From an uncultured delta proteobacterium (lineage in GTDB: Bacteria; Desulfobacterota; Syntrophia; Syntrophales; UBA5619): DNA of 64,000 bases. Below, piece by piece: positions 9,659-18,728 of this stretch. The position numbers and the translations under genes were made by a program. Location of the stretch: assembly GCA_963817385.1 (NCBI GenBank), contig CAWFOM010000001.1, forward strand, positions 1 through 64,000, written 5' to 3'. The notes beneath the pieces were generated by a model. The model searched no databases, was not told the origin of the DNA, and saw only the letters and a program-made list of their open reading frames with translations. Each line of letters starts with the position of its first letter. The first letter of the stretch is position 1.

Positions 9659-10380
9659 TACCCGCACGTGTTCAAAATCAGGCGCCGTTGAAAAAGAAAG
9701 GCACTCACCGGTGTTTGCAAAAAATATCGATCCCCGCTGAGACCGGCAACGAGATCTGGCTTCTGACTCTCAGTGATCTGCTCATGCTGCTGCTGATCTT
9801 TTTTGTCCTCCTATTCGGACTGATCCTGCACCAGGAAAGTCGGGCCGTGGCGCCGCCCCCCCTCGTGAATCCCGCCAAGCCGGCGCCCCCGGAAGCCGTC
9901 CCCGGTCTTTCACCGACAGAGGCGGACTCATCCCTGGAGTCGGATCTTGTGGGGATGCTGGGCGACAATCAGGTCGAACAGGGAGTGACCGTGGAGCGTC
10001 GTTCCCACTCCATCGTAGTGACCTTTCCGGAACGAATCATGTTCGATTCGGGTCTGTCTCAACTGAAGCCCTCCGTGCACCCCCTGTTGGAAAAGGTGAC
10101 CGCTTTTATTCTGGGTCATCCTGAGGTATCGATTGAAATACACGGCCATACGGATGACCGGCCCATCAGCAACCAGCGTTACCCCTCAAACTGGGAACTT
10201 TCCGCCGACCGCGCCTCCCGGGTCGCCAAGGCGCTTGTCCAACAAGGGATCCATCCCCAACGGCTCTCGATCAAGGGGTTTGGAGAATATCGCCCCCGCT
10301 ATCCCAACGACAGCGATCTCAACAGGCTGAAAAACCGGCGGGTGGAGCTTCAATTTTCCCTGACCCCCGCTCAATCCTGA
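9655..10380 (+). CDS. motB: Flagellar stator MotB/OmpA family protein
   Basis: WLLTLSDLLMLLLIFF (conserved Asp); GHTDD, SNWELSADRA, NRRVE; ATGA coupling with motA. Confidence 0.9.
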   Translation: MIPARVQNQAPLKKKGTHRCLQKISIPAETGNEIWLLTLSDLLMLLLIFFVLLFGLILHQESRAVAPPPLVNPAKPAPPEAVPGLSPTEADSSLESDLVGMLGDNQVEQGVTVERRSHSIVVTFPERIMFDSGLSQLKPSVHPLLEKVTAFILGHPEVSIEIHGHTDDRPISNQRYPSNWELSADRASRVAKALVQQGIHPQRLSIKGFGEYRPRYPNDSDLNRLKNRRVELQFSLTPAQS

Positions 10381-10549
10381 GCCCTCCGTCCGCGAACATG
10401 GTCCGCTCACTTTTCGCTTTTTCTCTCGTGCGGACAATCTGCAGGCGGGCTTCCGTGATGGCTGCGCACCGTAAGGTTCGCACCTACTCGACCGTGGGGG
10501 TGAAATTCCCCCGCGCCACCCGACTCTCGGGAGAAACCGGTCTTCTCAA

Positions 10550-11779
10550 TTAAGACATGACCTTCGCGTAGATCTGTTTAAATTCTTCTTCCGTAACCAG
10601 TCTCTTGTTGTCTTCACTGATTTTTTTAATCTGATTCAACATTACGGTCGACTGCGCTTCCGTGGGCTGCTCCAAACCGAGTTCCCAGGACTTAAGCATA
10701 ATCGAATAGCGCCCGCTCTTTTTCCCCAACACCACATCAATCGCCTTGCCGCCAACTATCTCATAATTCAAAAGCTCAGCCCGGCCATATCCGTGCTCGT
10801 CACGCCGGTCCCACATCTGCCGGGTGGCGATTCCGACCTCGACCTGGGAGGTCAAGGAACCCACAAAGGGTTTATACCAATCAGCACCGGCGGGGCCCGA
10901 GCATTCCTTCACCATGGCGGAGAGCCGGCGGAACCCTTCCGTCTTGACTCCCGTCGGCGCACAGAGAAACGCCTCTATCCCCATGATGATTTCATCCAGC
11001 GGGGCATTCCCGCCCATGCCGTTGATGCAGGTGTGGGCGACATCGGCCCCGGCAGCAATTCCGGCCAGCGTGTTGGCGGTGGACAGACCCCAGTTGTTGT
11101 GGCAATGGACCTCGATGGGGACATTCACCATCTTTTTCACCTGGGTAACCTGCCACGCGAAGCCTGCCGGATAGGCTGAACCCCGGGTGTCGACGATGGC
11201 AACCGTGTCGGCCTTGCCTTCCTCCACGACGGGAACGATCAGTTCGCGGATCAAATCCAGGGGGGACCGGGCGCTCTCCATCAGGAAGAAGCATACCTTC
11301 AACCCGTTGGCCTTGGCATACTTCGTCAGATTGACGATGTCCTCGGCTGCTTTCGCCCGGCTTCCCCAGATGTTCTTGATTATCGGATCAAGAGCGGTGA
11401 TCTCCATGATCACCCAGTGCAGTTTGGCCTTGATCGCCCGATCGATATCATCCCGCCGCGCGCGACAGAAGCCGCACACCTCGGCTTTTTTGATCTCCTT
11501 GGCCATCGTTGCAAGGGCGTCAAAATCCTCGTCGGAGACGGCGACCATCCCTCCTTCGATACGTTGCACGCCCATATCTTCCAGCGCGTGGGCAATTTTC
11601 AATTTCTCGTCTTTCCGAAAGACGACCCCGGGGGTCTGTTCCCCATCCCGCAGTGTCACGTCATGAATCGTTACTTTCGAGGGGACCTTCCAATCCGCAC
11701 GGACTTCAGGCTCAAAACTATAGGGGCTCAACGACCATTTCCCCGGCACCTTCCAGGGAGTCTCTCCTGCACAGCTCAT
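10550..11779 (-). CDS. DRE-TIM metallolyase (homocitrate/isopropylmalate/citramalate synthase-like) without a regulatory domain
   Basis: DVTLRDGEQTPG, EVHCHNNWG, LGKKSG. Confidence 0.85.
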   Translation of the reverse strand: MSCAGETPWKVPGKWSLSPYSFEPEVRADWKVPSKVTIHDVTLRDGEQTPGVVFRKDEKLKIAHALEDMGVQRIEGGMVAVSDEDFDALATMAKEIKKAEVCGFCRARRDDIDRAIKAKLHWVIMEITALDPIIKNIWGSRAKAAEDIVNLTKYAKANGLKVCFFLMESARSPLDLIRELIVPVVEEGKADTVAIVDTRGSAYPAGFAWQVTQVKKMVNVPIEVHCHNNWGLSTANTLAGIAAGADVAHTCINGMGGNAPLDEIIMGIEAFLCAPTGVKTEGFRRLSAMVKECSGPAGADWYKPFVGSLTSQVEVGIATRQMWDRRDEHGYGRAELLNYEIVGGKAIDVVLGKKSGRYSIMLKSWELGLEQPTEAQSTVMLNQIKKISEDNKRLVTEEEFKQIYAKVMS

Positions 11780-12021
11780 CTCAATCTCCTCCTCACTATG
11801 ATTGGTCTCAAATCTCCATCCTCAATGACGAGCACCCCATACCATAAGCATATATGGGGTACAACCGGATAAGAATTACTTAATCGCAGGGTTCTGTCAA
11901 GTTTTATGTATAAAGGGAACGCGCCTTTTTCTACCTTTTCCGACCCCTGATAAATCTGCTTGATCTACCCGTTCCGTTTCATTCGCACAGCCCGGCTTGC
12001 AACCGTTGACGATCGCCCCTT

Positions 12022-13412
12022 TCATCCGCCCGAAGAAGCCTCCACCTCCCCGAGCGCCTCATCGAGGATGTCGAGAGCCCCATCCATCTCCTCCTGCGTG
12101 ATGACGAGCGCCGGCCGCAGCGTAATCATGTTCCCATCGATCGTCTTGAAGGCGAGTCCCCGCTCCATGCATTTGAACATCACCATCCCCGCCTCCCGGA
12201 CGGCCCGCTCCTTGGTCTGCCGGTCCCGGACGAGGTCGATGCCGATGTGGAGCCCCACCCCCATGACGCACCCGATCAGGGGGTGCCGACCGGCCATCTC
12301 CTCAAGGCGCTCCAGCGTGTAGGCGCCCAGGCGGGCGGCGTGGTCGCAGAGGTTGTTCTTCTCGATCACCTCGATCTCCGCCAGGGCGGCCGCCGCGGAC
12401 AGGGCGTTCTTCTCGTGGGTGTAGTGGCCGACGGAGCGGTCCGGACAGACGTTGTGCTTCTCCCGTGTCACGATCCCCGCCAGGGGGACGATCCCGCCGC
12501 CGAGCGATTTTCCCAGGACCAGGATGTCGGGGGTCAGGTAGTGCTCGCTCGCGAACATCTTTCCGGTCCTCCCGAACCCCTCGATGATCTCGTCGAAGAT
12601 GAGCAGCGCTCCGTAGCGGTCGCAGAGCTCCCGGACCCCTTCCCAGTACGCTTTACTTGGCACGACGGGGTTCGCGGAGACCGGCTCGCCGATCACCGCG
12701 GCCATCTCCGGCTCCCGCCGCATGACGAGCTCCATCTGCCGGAGGCATTCGGCATCGACATCCTCCGGATTCGAAAATTTCCAGGGGTTGCGGTAATAGT
12801 TCGGGAACTCGACGTGGAAGGCGCCCGGAACGAGCGGCCCGATCCCGCCGTGGAAATGCTCCTCCCCCCCACGCTCGACGCGCCGAACCCGGCCCCGTGG
12901 AAGGAGTCCCAGAAGGAGATTGTTTTGAACCGGCCGGTCACGAGCTTCGCCAGCTTCAAGGCCATCTCGATGGCGTCCGTTCCCCCCGGGCAGAAGAGGG
13001 AGCGGCACAAGTCGCCCGGTGTGATTGCCGCCAGCTTCTTCGCGAGAAGGACGGACGGGATGTTCGTATAGCGCCGCGGGCAGAAGGTGAGGCTATCGTC
13101 GAGCTGCTTTTTCACGGCCCGCACGACCTCCGGATGGTTGAAGCCGGCGTTGTGGACTCCGTTTCCGTGCATGTCGAGATACCGCTTCCCGCTCATGTCC
13201 TCGATCCAGGCCCCTTCGGCCTTCGCGATCACGTTCATCACGGGGGTGGAGAGGCTCTGGTGGAGAAAATACCGTTTGTCCTCTTCAAACCAGAACCGGG
13301 CCTCGCCCGACAGATTCCTCTCCCAATACCTCTGGCGGGCAGCCGTGGTATTGACGTCCCCCTGTTCGGCCTCGGGATGTTTGTCCTGTATCTCCTGCCG
13401 GTCAGTCACCAT
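12022..13412 (-). CDS. Class-III PLP enzyme, PbfA-like; one frameshift in the C7 homopolymer at 12864-12870 (likely sequencing error)
   Basis: ORFs 12693..13412 and 12022..13008 join as SVGG/EEHFHGGIGP; QGDVNTT, FLHQSLSTP, MHGNGVH, WDSFHG, FDEI, GKSLGGG, GHYTHEKN. Confidence 0.8.
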
Positions 13413-13600
13413 GAGGAACCTCCTGTAAAATCGGATTGCAACGATTGTTCATTGCTTCCATTATTCGTTTATCCACGACCCTGCGCAAGAGAAAAAAAGT
13501 GATTTGTACTATAACAAAAGAAAATTTGACTTGCCCGGGTGGGGATGTTACGGAAAATGCGGTGAAATTACCAATCCATTCCCGACGAAGGAGGCACCTT

Positions 13601-14962
13601 ATGGATAAGCTGCACCGATCGGAAGGGGATATCAATATCTCCCCGCGGCGAAAGCAATGGCAGGATGAAAATCTCGATGCGGAAACAAAGGCGCTCCTGG
13701 AGGAGGACGCGAAATACTTCCTCAAACAGGCGCTCTCGACGCCGTGTCTCAACGCCCTGCGCGCCTGCGAGGGGATCTGGATCGAAGACCTTCAGGGACG
13801 GCGCTACATGGATTTTCATGGAAACAACGTTCACCAGGTCGGCTTTGGCCATCCGGCCGTTATCGCGGCGATCAAGGAACAGCTCGACGAACTCCCCTTC
13901 TGCACGAGGCGCTACACCAACCGGATCGCCGTCGAGCTGGCTAAAAAACTTGCCGAGATCGCCCCGGGGGATCTCAACCGGGTCCTCTTCTGTCCCGGCG
14001 GGGCCGAGGCGATCGGGATGGCGTTGAAACTTGCGCGCATCGCCACCGGCCGCCACAAGACGATCTCCATGTGGGATTCCTTTCACGGGGCATCGCTGGA
14101 TACGATCTCAATCGGCGGTGAGGCGATCTTCCGTCAGGACATGGGACCGCTCCTGTCCGGCACCGAACATGTGCCGCCTCCCGACGAATACCGCTGCATC
14201 TACGAATGCAGGGGCCGCGGCGGATGCGACATGATGTGCGCCCGCTATGTGGAATACGTCCTGGAAAAGGAGGGGGATATCGCCGCGGTAATCGCCGAGC
14301 CGATCCGGAGCACCCCCTATATCCCGAAACCCGAATACTGGCAGATCATCCGAAAGGCCTGCGACCGACACGGGGCGCTCCTCATCTTCGACGAGATCCC
14401 CCACGCCCTCGGCCGGACCGGCCGGATGTTCACCTGCGAAAATTTCGATGTCGTTCCCGACATGCTGGTGATCGGCAAGGGGCTGGGAGGCGGCGTGCTG
14501 CCGCTGGCGGCCCTCATCGCGCGCGAGGGCCTCGACGTGGCCGCGAACCGCGCCCTCGGACACTACACGCACGAGAAGAGCCCCGTCGCCTGCGCCGCGG
14601 CGCTGGCGACGATCCGTATTATCGAAGAGAACAACCTGGCCGAACACGCCCGTGATCTGGGACACTACGCCCTTCAGCGGATGGCCGGCATGATGGAGCG
14701 GCATCCCCTGATCGGCGATATCCGCGGCCTGGGGCTTTTCCTCGGCATAGAACTGGTGAAGGACCGGACAACCGGCGAGCGCGCGACGGACGAGGCGGAA
14801 GCGGTCATGTATGCGGCCCTCAGCCGGGGGCTCAGCTTCAAGCTCACGATGGGCAATATCCTCACGCTGACCCCCGCCCTGACGATCACCCGCGAGGAGC
14901 TGGACCGGGCGCTCACGATCATCGAGGAGTGCCTGACCGAGGTCGAAGCGGCCGCCCGATAA
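13601..14962 (+). CDS. pbfA: (R)-1-hydroxy-2-aminoethylphosphonate ammonia-lyase-like class-III PLP enzyme
   Basis: RSEGDIN, QALSTPCL, YMDFHGNNVHQ, WDSFHGASLDTISIGGE, GKGLGGG and GHYTHEKSP match PbfA as recalled; AAGGAGG RBS. Confidence 0.8.
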   Translation: MDKLHRSEGDINISPRRKQWQDENLDAETKALLEEDAKYFLKQALSTPCLNALRACEGIWIEDLQGRRYMDFHGNNVHQVGFGHPAVIAAIKEQLDELPFCTRRYTNRIAVELAKKLAEIAPGDLNRVLFCPGGAEAIGMALKLARIATGRHKTISMWDSFHGASLDTISIGGEAIFRQDMGPLLSGTEHVPPPDEYRCIYECRGRGGCDMMCARYVEYVLEKEGDIAAVIAEPIRSTPYIPKPEYWQIIRKACDRHGALLIFDEIPHALGRTGRMFTCENFDVVPDMLVIGKGLGGGVLPLAALIAREGLDVAANRALGHYTHEKSPVACAAALATIRIIEENNLAEHARDLGHYALQRMAGMMERHPLIGDIRGLGLFLGIELVKDRTTGERATDEAEAVMYAALSRGLSFKLTMGNILTLTPALTITREELDRALTIIEECLTEVEAAAR

Positions 14963-14991
14963 TCGTTTTGCCTCCGGGAGATTGTCGAAAC

Positions 14992-15038
14992 AAAAAAGCG
15001 GACGCTTTGCCGATCGGCAAGGCGCCCGCTTCATGTTT
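14992..15038. terminator. Bidirectional intrinsic terminator
   Basis: A-tract, hairpin AAGCGGACGCTTTGCC-GATC-GGCAAGGCGCCCGCTT, then T-rich sequence, between convergent genes. Confidence 0.7.
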
Positions 15039-15070
15039 TGTCTGCTTAAGGAAAACCTCGACCCTGTCGG

Positions 15071-15286
15071 TTACCCGATGACCATCATCAGCTGTTCCGT
15101 CTCAACACTGTCATTGGCCTTCACTTTGATCTCCTTGACGGTGCCTCCGGCCGGCGCGTAAATCGGATTTTCCATTTTCATGGCTTCCAACATGATGACC
15201 TCATCGTCTTCCTTCACCTGGTCACCCACCTTGACGAGGACTTCCAGAATCTTGCCCGGCATCGGTGCTTTCACCTCTACGCTCAT
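15071..15286 (-). CDS. Stand-alone biotin carboxyl carrier protein
   Basis: APMPGKI, EAMKM biotinylation motif; GGAGG RBS. Confidence 0.9.
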   Translation of the reverse strand: MSVEVKAPMPGKILEVLVKVGDQVKEDDEVIMLEAMKMENPIYAPAGGTVKEIKVKANDSVETEQLMMVIG

Positions 15287-15507
15287 TATCATAACCTCCG
15301 TAATATGATGAACCGAATTTTTTGATGACCCGCAGCCTAAAATCCCGCTGCAACCCAACATCCTTTTCCGTCCGCGACCACCGTGACGGAGACGACTCCG
15401 CCACGCGTTGACTGTATCCGAGACCCGACATCTCAGCGGTCTTCTTATCCTTACCGGGCGATCAAGTCAAGACCAAAGTGCAAACTCCGTCTCTGCTCAG
15501 GGGGATA

Positions 15508-16977
15508 CTACTGTCCGGTCGCTCGGACGAGGCGATAGATGTAATCCAGTTCCCTCTTCAATTCTTCATTTTGCTCCTTGTCGTTTGGTTTCATCCGCCA
15601 TTCCGGGGCTTGCTCCTTCAGCGCCTTTTCCAGCTCCCACCGATGCGTGAAACTCCTCCCCAGGAGTCTCTGAACAGCCTTCTTCTGTCCATCGGTGATG
15701 GCGGGATCGTTGATCCGGCTCACCACCTGAATCGTCATGACGAGTTGGTCGATCTCCGCCACGGACATGACCGCACTCATCTCATCGTTCGTGAGGGTCA
15801 CCCTCTGGGAAAGGGCCCTCTGGAACTGGAAAGCCGAGGGGAACGTCTTACCCCGGAGATCCGCCAGCTTGCTCACCGGTATCCCTGCCGCCTGGATTCG
15901 CTGTTCCGCTTCCATCGTCACCCGGTATTCGACGGGGATATAGGTCTTCTGCTGGAAAACGTTCTGCAGGAAGAACAGGGCGATAAAACTCATCGCGACG
16001 GCTGCGATCGGCGTCATGACCCAGGCGAGGGATATCTCACCGAGCATCCGCCAGCGTATCGCCCGGCCGCCCTTGATCAGGCCGATGCCGATGACGGATC
16101 CGACGATCGCCTGGGAACTGGAGACGGGGACCAGCGGGATTGCAGGCAGACCATGGCCGATCAGAAAACTCTCCAGACCCTGCGAGGCAAAAAGAAACAA
16201 CACCAGGGCATTGGCCAGGACGGCCACCAGCGCTGCGACCGGCGACATCTCCGTAATCCCTTCCCCCACGGTCAGCATCACCCTCTTACCATAGGTCAAC
16301 GTGCCTATGGCAATGGCCACCGCACCGATGAAGAAGAGCTGCTGGGCGCCATTCAATTTGAAAAGCCCCAGAAAGGAGATGTCCGAAAAGGGTGAAATGG
16401 GGATGAAGATGCCGACCACATTCGAGATGTTGTTGGCCCCCAGGGCATAGGAGCCGGCGATCCCCGCGATAAGCAGACCCAGCCGGGTGAGGGCGTCCAG
16501 GGTAAACATGTGGATCTTGAGTCGTTTCATCAAAAACGCGATCAGCTTATAGAGCAGTGCCGAAAAGATCGCGGCCAGCACGGGACTTACGATCCAGCTT
16601 ACGACGATTTTCTCCAGAGCACCGAAATCGATGTGGGCGCCGGCGAAAAGGTCCCAGCCGATGATCGCCCCGACGATGGCCTGTGTCGTGGAGACGGGGT
16701 AGCCCAGGACCGTCAGCCAGTAGACGGTCGCGCCCGCGGCCAGCGCCACGACGAAGGCGCCGGCGATGGCATTCACGGCCCCGAGTTCTCCCAGGGTTTT
16801 TGCGGCCCCGGCGCCGCTGACGACCGCCCCGAGGATGACGAAGAGGCCACAGACGATGGCGGCCTTTCTGAAGCTGATCATCCGGGAGCCTACGGCGGTT
16901 CCGAACACATTCGCCGCGTCATTGGCCCCGAGCGACCAACCGAGGAACAGACCGCTGGTCAGAAAGAAGGCAAACAT
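15508..16977 (-). CDS. PiT-family inorganic phosphate transporter with a soluble C-terminal extension
   Basis: GANDAANVFGT, PVSTTQ, GANNISN, PVSSSQ signatures. Confidence 0.9.
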   Translation of the reverse strand: MFAFFLTSGLFLGWSLGANDAANVFGTAVGSRMISFRKAAIVCGLFVILGAVVSGAGAAKTLGELGAVNAIAGAFVVALAAGATVYWLTVLGYPVSTTQAIVGAIIGWDLFAGAHIDFGALEKIVVSWIVSPVLAAIFSALLYKLIAFLMKRLKIHMFTLDALTRLGLLIAGIAGSYALGANNISNVVGIFIPISPFSDISFLGLFKLNGAQQLFFIGAVAIAIGTLTYGKRVMLTVGEGITEMSPVAALVAVLANALVLFLFASQGLESFLIGHGLPAIPLVPVSSSQAIVGSVIGIGLIKGGRAIRWRMLGEISLAWVMTPIAAVAMSFIALFFLQNVFQQKTYIPVEYRVTMEAEQRIQAAGIPVSKLADLRGKTFPSAFQFQRALSQRVTLTNDEMSAVMSVAEIDQLVMTIQVVSRINDPAITDGQKKAVQRLLGRSFTHRWELEKALKEQAPEWRMKPNDKEQNEELKRELDYIYRLVRATGQ

Positions 16978-16986
16978 GTTCGCCTC

Positions 16987-17637
16987 CTATAGCATACGCT
17001 TGATGACGTAGATGTTGAGACGGTCGGCGACATCCTCGGCCTCGTCGGCAATCCGGTCCACTTGCTTCACGAAGAAACGGAGGTGCATCTTGTGGCTCAG
17101 ATGGAGGTCCGTTCGCCCGAAGATCGCCCGCTGGAGCCGGGTCGACACCTTGTCCGATTCCTTTTCCCAGAAGGAAACCTTGTGGATGTGGTCGGCCACT
17201 GCATTGATGTCCTTGAAGAAGGCGCGGCAGGAGCGGACATCCGCCTCCACAGATTCGATCGAATAATGGAGGAGTTCCTTAAAATATTCATGAAATTCCG
17301 CACAAATATCGGGGCGCTCGATATCGAACTGCCAGATCAGGCCCGTATAGCGGTCAAGCAGGGCATCCATGTCCTCCAGAAGCTCCATCACGTCTTCCCG
17401 GGATTCCGGAATCAGCGTCTTTTCGAAGAGGTCCTGTTCAAGGGAGCGCCGCAGGCTGTCCCCTTTGTGTTCCGTTTCACGGATATTCGTCAGGAATGTA
17501 GAGAAGGCCTCCATGTTTCCCTTCAAATAACACTCCACCCCGTTATTGCAAAGCAGGCCGGCCTCGCTGATCCGGTCCAGAAATTCATCCACCTGTTTCT
17601 CAATCCCTATCCTCTTCTTCAGTATGCCATTCCCCAT
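16987..17637 (-). CDS. DUF47 (PhoU-like) PiT accessory protein
   Basis: EHKGDSLRR, TLIPESRED, EKESD, IADEAEDVAD. Confidence 0.88.
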   Translation of the reverse strand: MGNGILKKRIGIEKQVDEFLDRISEAGLLCNNGVECYLKGNMEAFSTFLTNIRETEHKGDSLRRSLEQDLFEKTLIPESREDVMELLEDMDALLDRYTGLIWQFDIERPDICAEFHEYFKELLHYSIESVEADVRSCRAFFKDINAVADHIHKVSFWEKESDKVSTRLQRAIFGRTDLHLSHKMHLRFFVKQVDRIADEAEDVADRLNIYVIKRML

Positions 17638-17799
17638 TCCCTGTTCCCCTTTCCAAAACGTACTTCTCTTCGTGAAGACGGAGAGATTGCTTGTTCCAGC
17701 CATCAAATCAATCACTGCCGAGAAGTCTTGACAAATCAATAAAGATTGACATAAGGTAAGTCAAGTTAATAAATATAACTTTATCGATAAGAAAAAGTC

Positions 17800-18705
17800 A
17801 TGAACCTCAATCAATTGAAAATCTTCTACCTGGCTGCAAAGAGGGGAAGCCTAAGCGCCGCCGCGGAGACGCTCTGCATCACGCAGCCGGCCGTCACCAA
17901 GGGGATCCAGCGGCTTCAGGAACATTATGAGATCAAGCTCTTCAACCGCTTCGGGAAAAAGATGGCCCTGACGGACGCGGGTGAGGTGCTCTACGGAATC
18001 GCCGAGTCCATCTTCGAGATGGAGAATCAGGCGGAGGAAAGCCTGCGCGATTTTCAGCAACGTAAACGGGGCTTCATCCGGATCCTCTCCAGCGAGAGTT
18101 TCGGTTCATACTACCTCCCGTTCATCATCAACCGTTTCAGCAGGGAAAATCCCAGGATCAGGATTGCCGTGGACCTCCTGCCGACGGAACTGATCGTGGA
18201 GAAGACCGCATCGCTCGCGAACGATTTGGGTTTTATCTCCTACCCCGTGCCCCACAAGAAACTCATCTCACGCGAGGTCCTGGAGGACTGCTACCAAATC
18301 ATTGTCCCCCTCGGGCACCCCCTGGCGTCGAAGTCGGTCATCGAACCGGAGGATCTGTCCGGACAGTCTCTGATCGTCCACGAAAAGGGGTCGGCCCCCC
18401 GCAAGAGTACCGAGGAGTACATCCGGCGGCACAACATCAACGTCGCGATCCCTATGGAACACTCCAACAACGAGGCGCTCAAGACCGCCGTGGAGGAGGG
18501 ACTGGGGATCGCCGTCATCACCCGGCGCGTCGTCAGCAAGGAGCTCGCGATGGGAACGCTCCGGGCGATTCCCCTGTCCGACCCGGCCATGACGAGGAAA
18601 TTCTATCTTATCCATCACAAGGACAAGTACATCTCCCGACCCCTCCAGAGCCTCATCGATATCGTCGATCAGTGGGCATCCGAATACCGCAGGGGAGAAC
18701 TTTAG
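17800..18705 (+). CDS. LysR-family transcriptional regulator
   Basis: HTH SLSAAAETLCITQPAVT; shares the HKDKY(I/L)SR tail with the LysR at 4789. Confidence 0.92.
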   Translation: MNLNQLKIFYLAAKRGSLSAAAETLCITQPAVTKGIQRLQEHYEIKLFNRFGKKMALTDAGEVLYGIAESIFEMENQAEESLRDFQQRKRGFIRILSSESFGSYYLPFIINRFSRENPRIRIAVDLLPTELIVEKTASLANDLGFISYPVPHKKLISREVLEDCYQIIVPLGHPLASKSVIEPEDLSGQSLIVHEKGSAPRKSTEEYIRRHNINVAIPMEHSNNEALKTAVEEGLGIAVITRRVVSKELAMGTLRAIPLSDPAMTRKFYLIHHKDKYISRPLQSLIDIVDQWASEYRRGEL

Positions 18706-18728
18706 CCGATTTCCTCAGGTCGATCGAC

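Noticed and set aside
8837..10380. motAB as Zorya ZorAB anti-phage system
   Set aside because: MotA is normal length without the long ZorA tail, and there is no zorC/D/E
12864..12870. C7 run as a phase-variation switch
   Set aside because: Short homopolymer in a contig with many unrelated single-base indels; sequencing error is simpler
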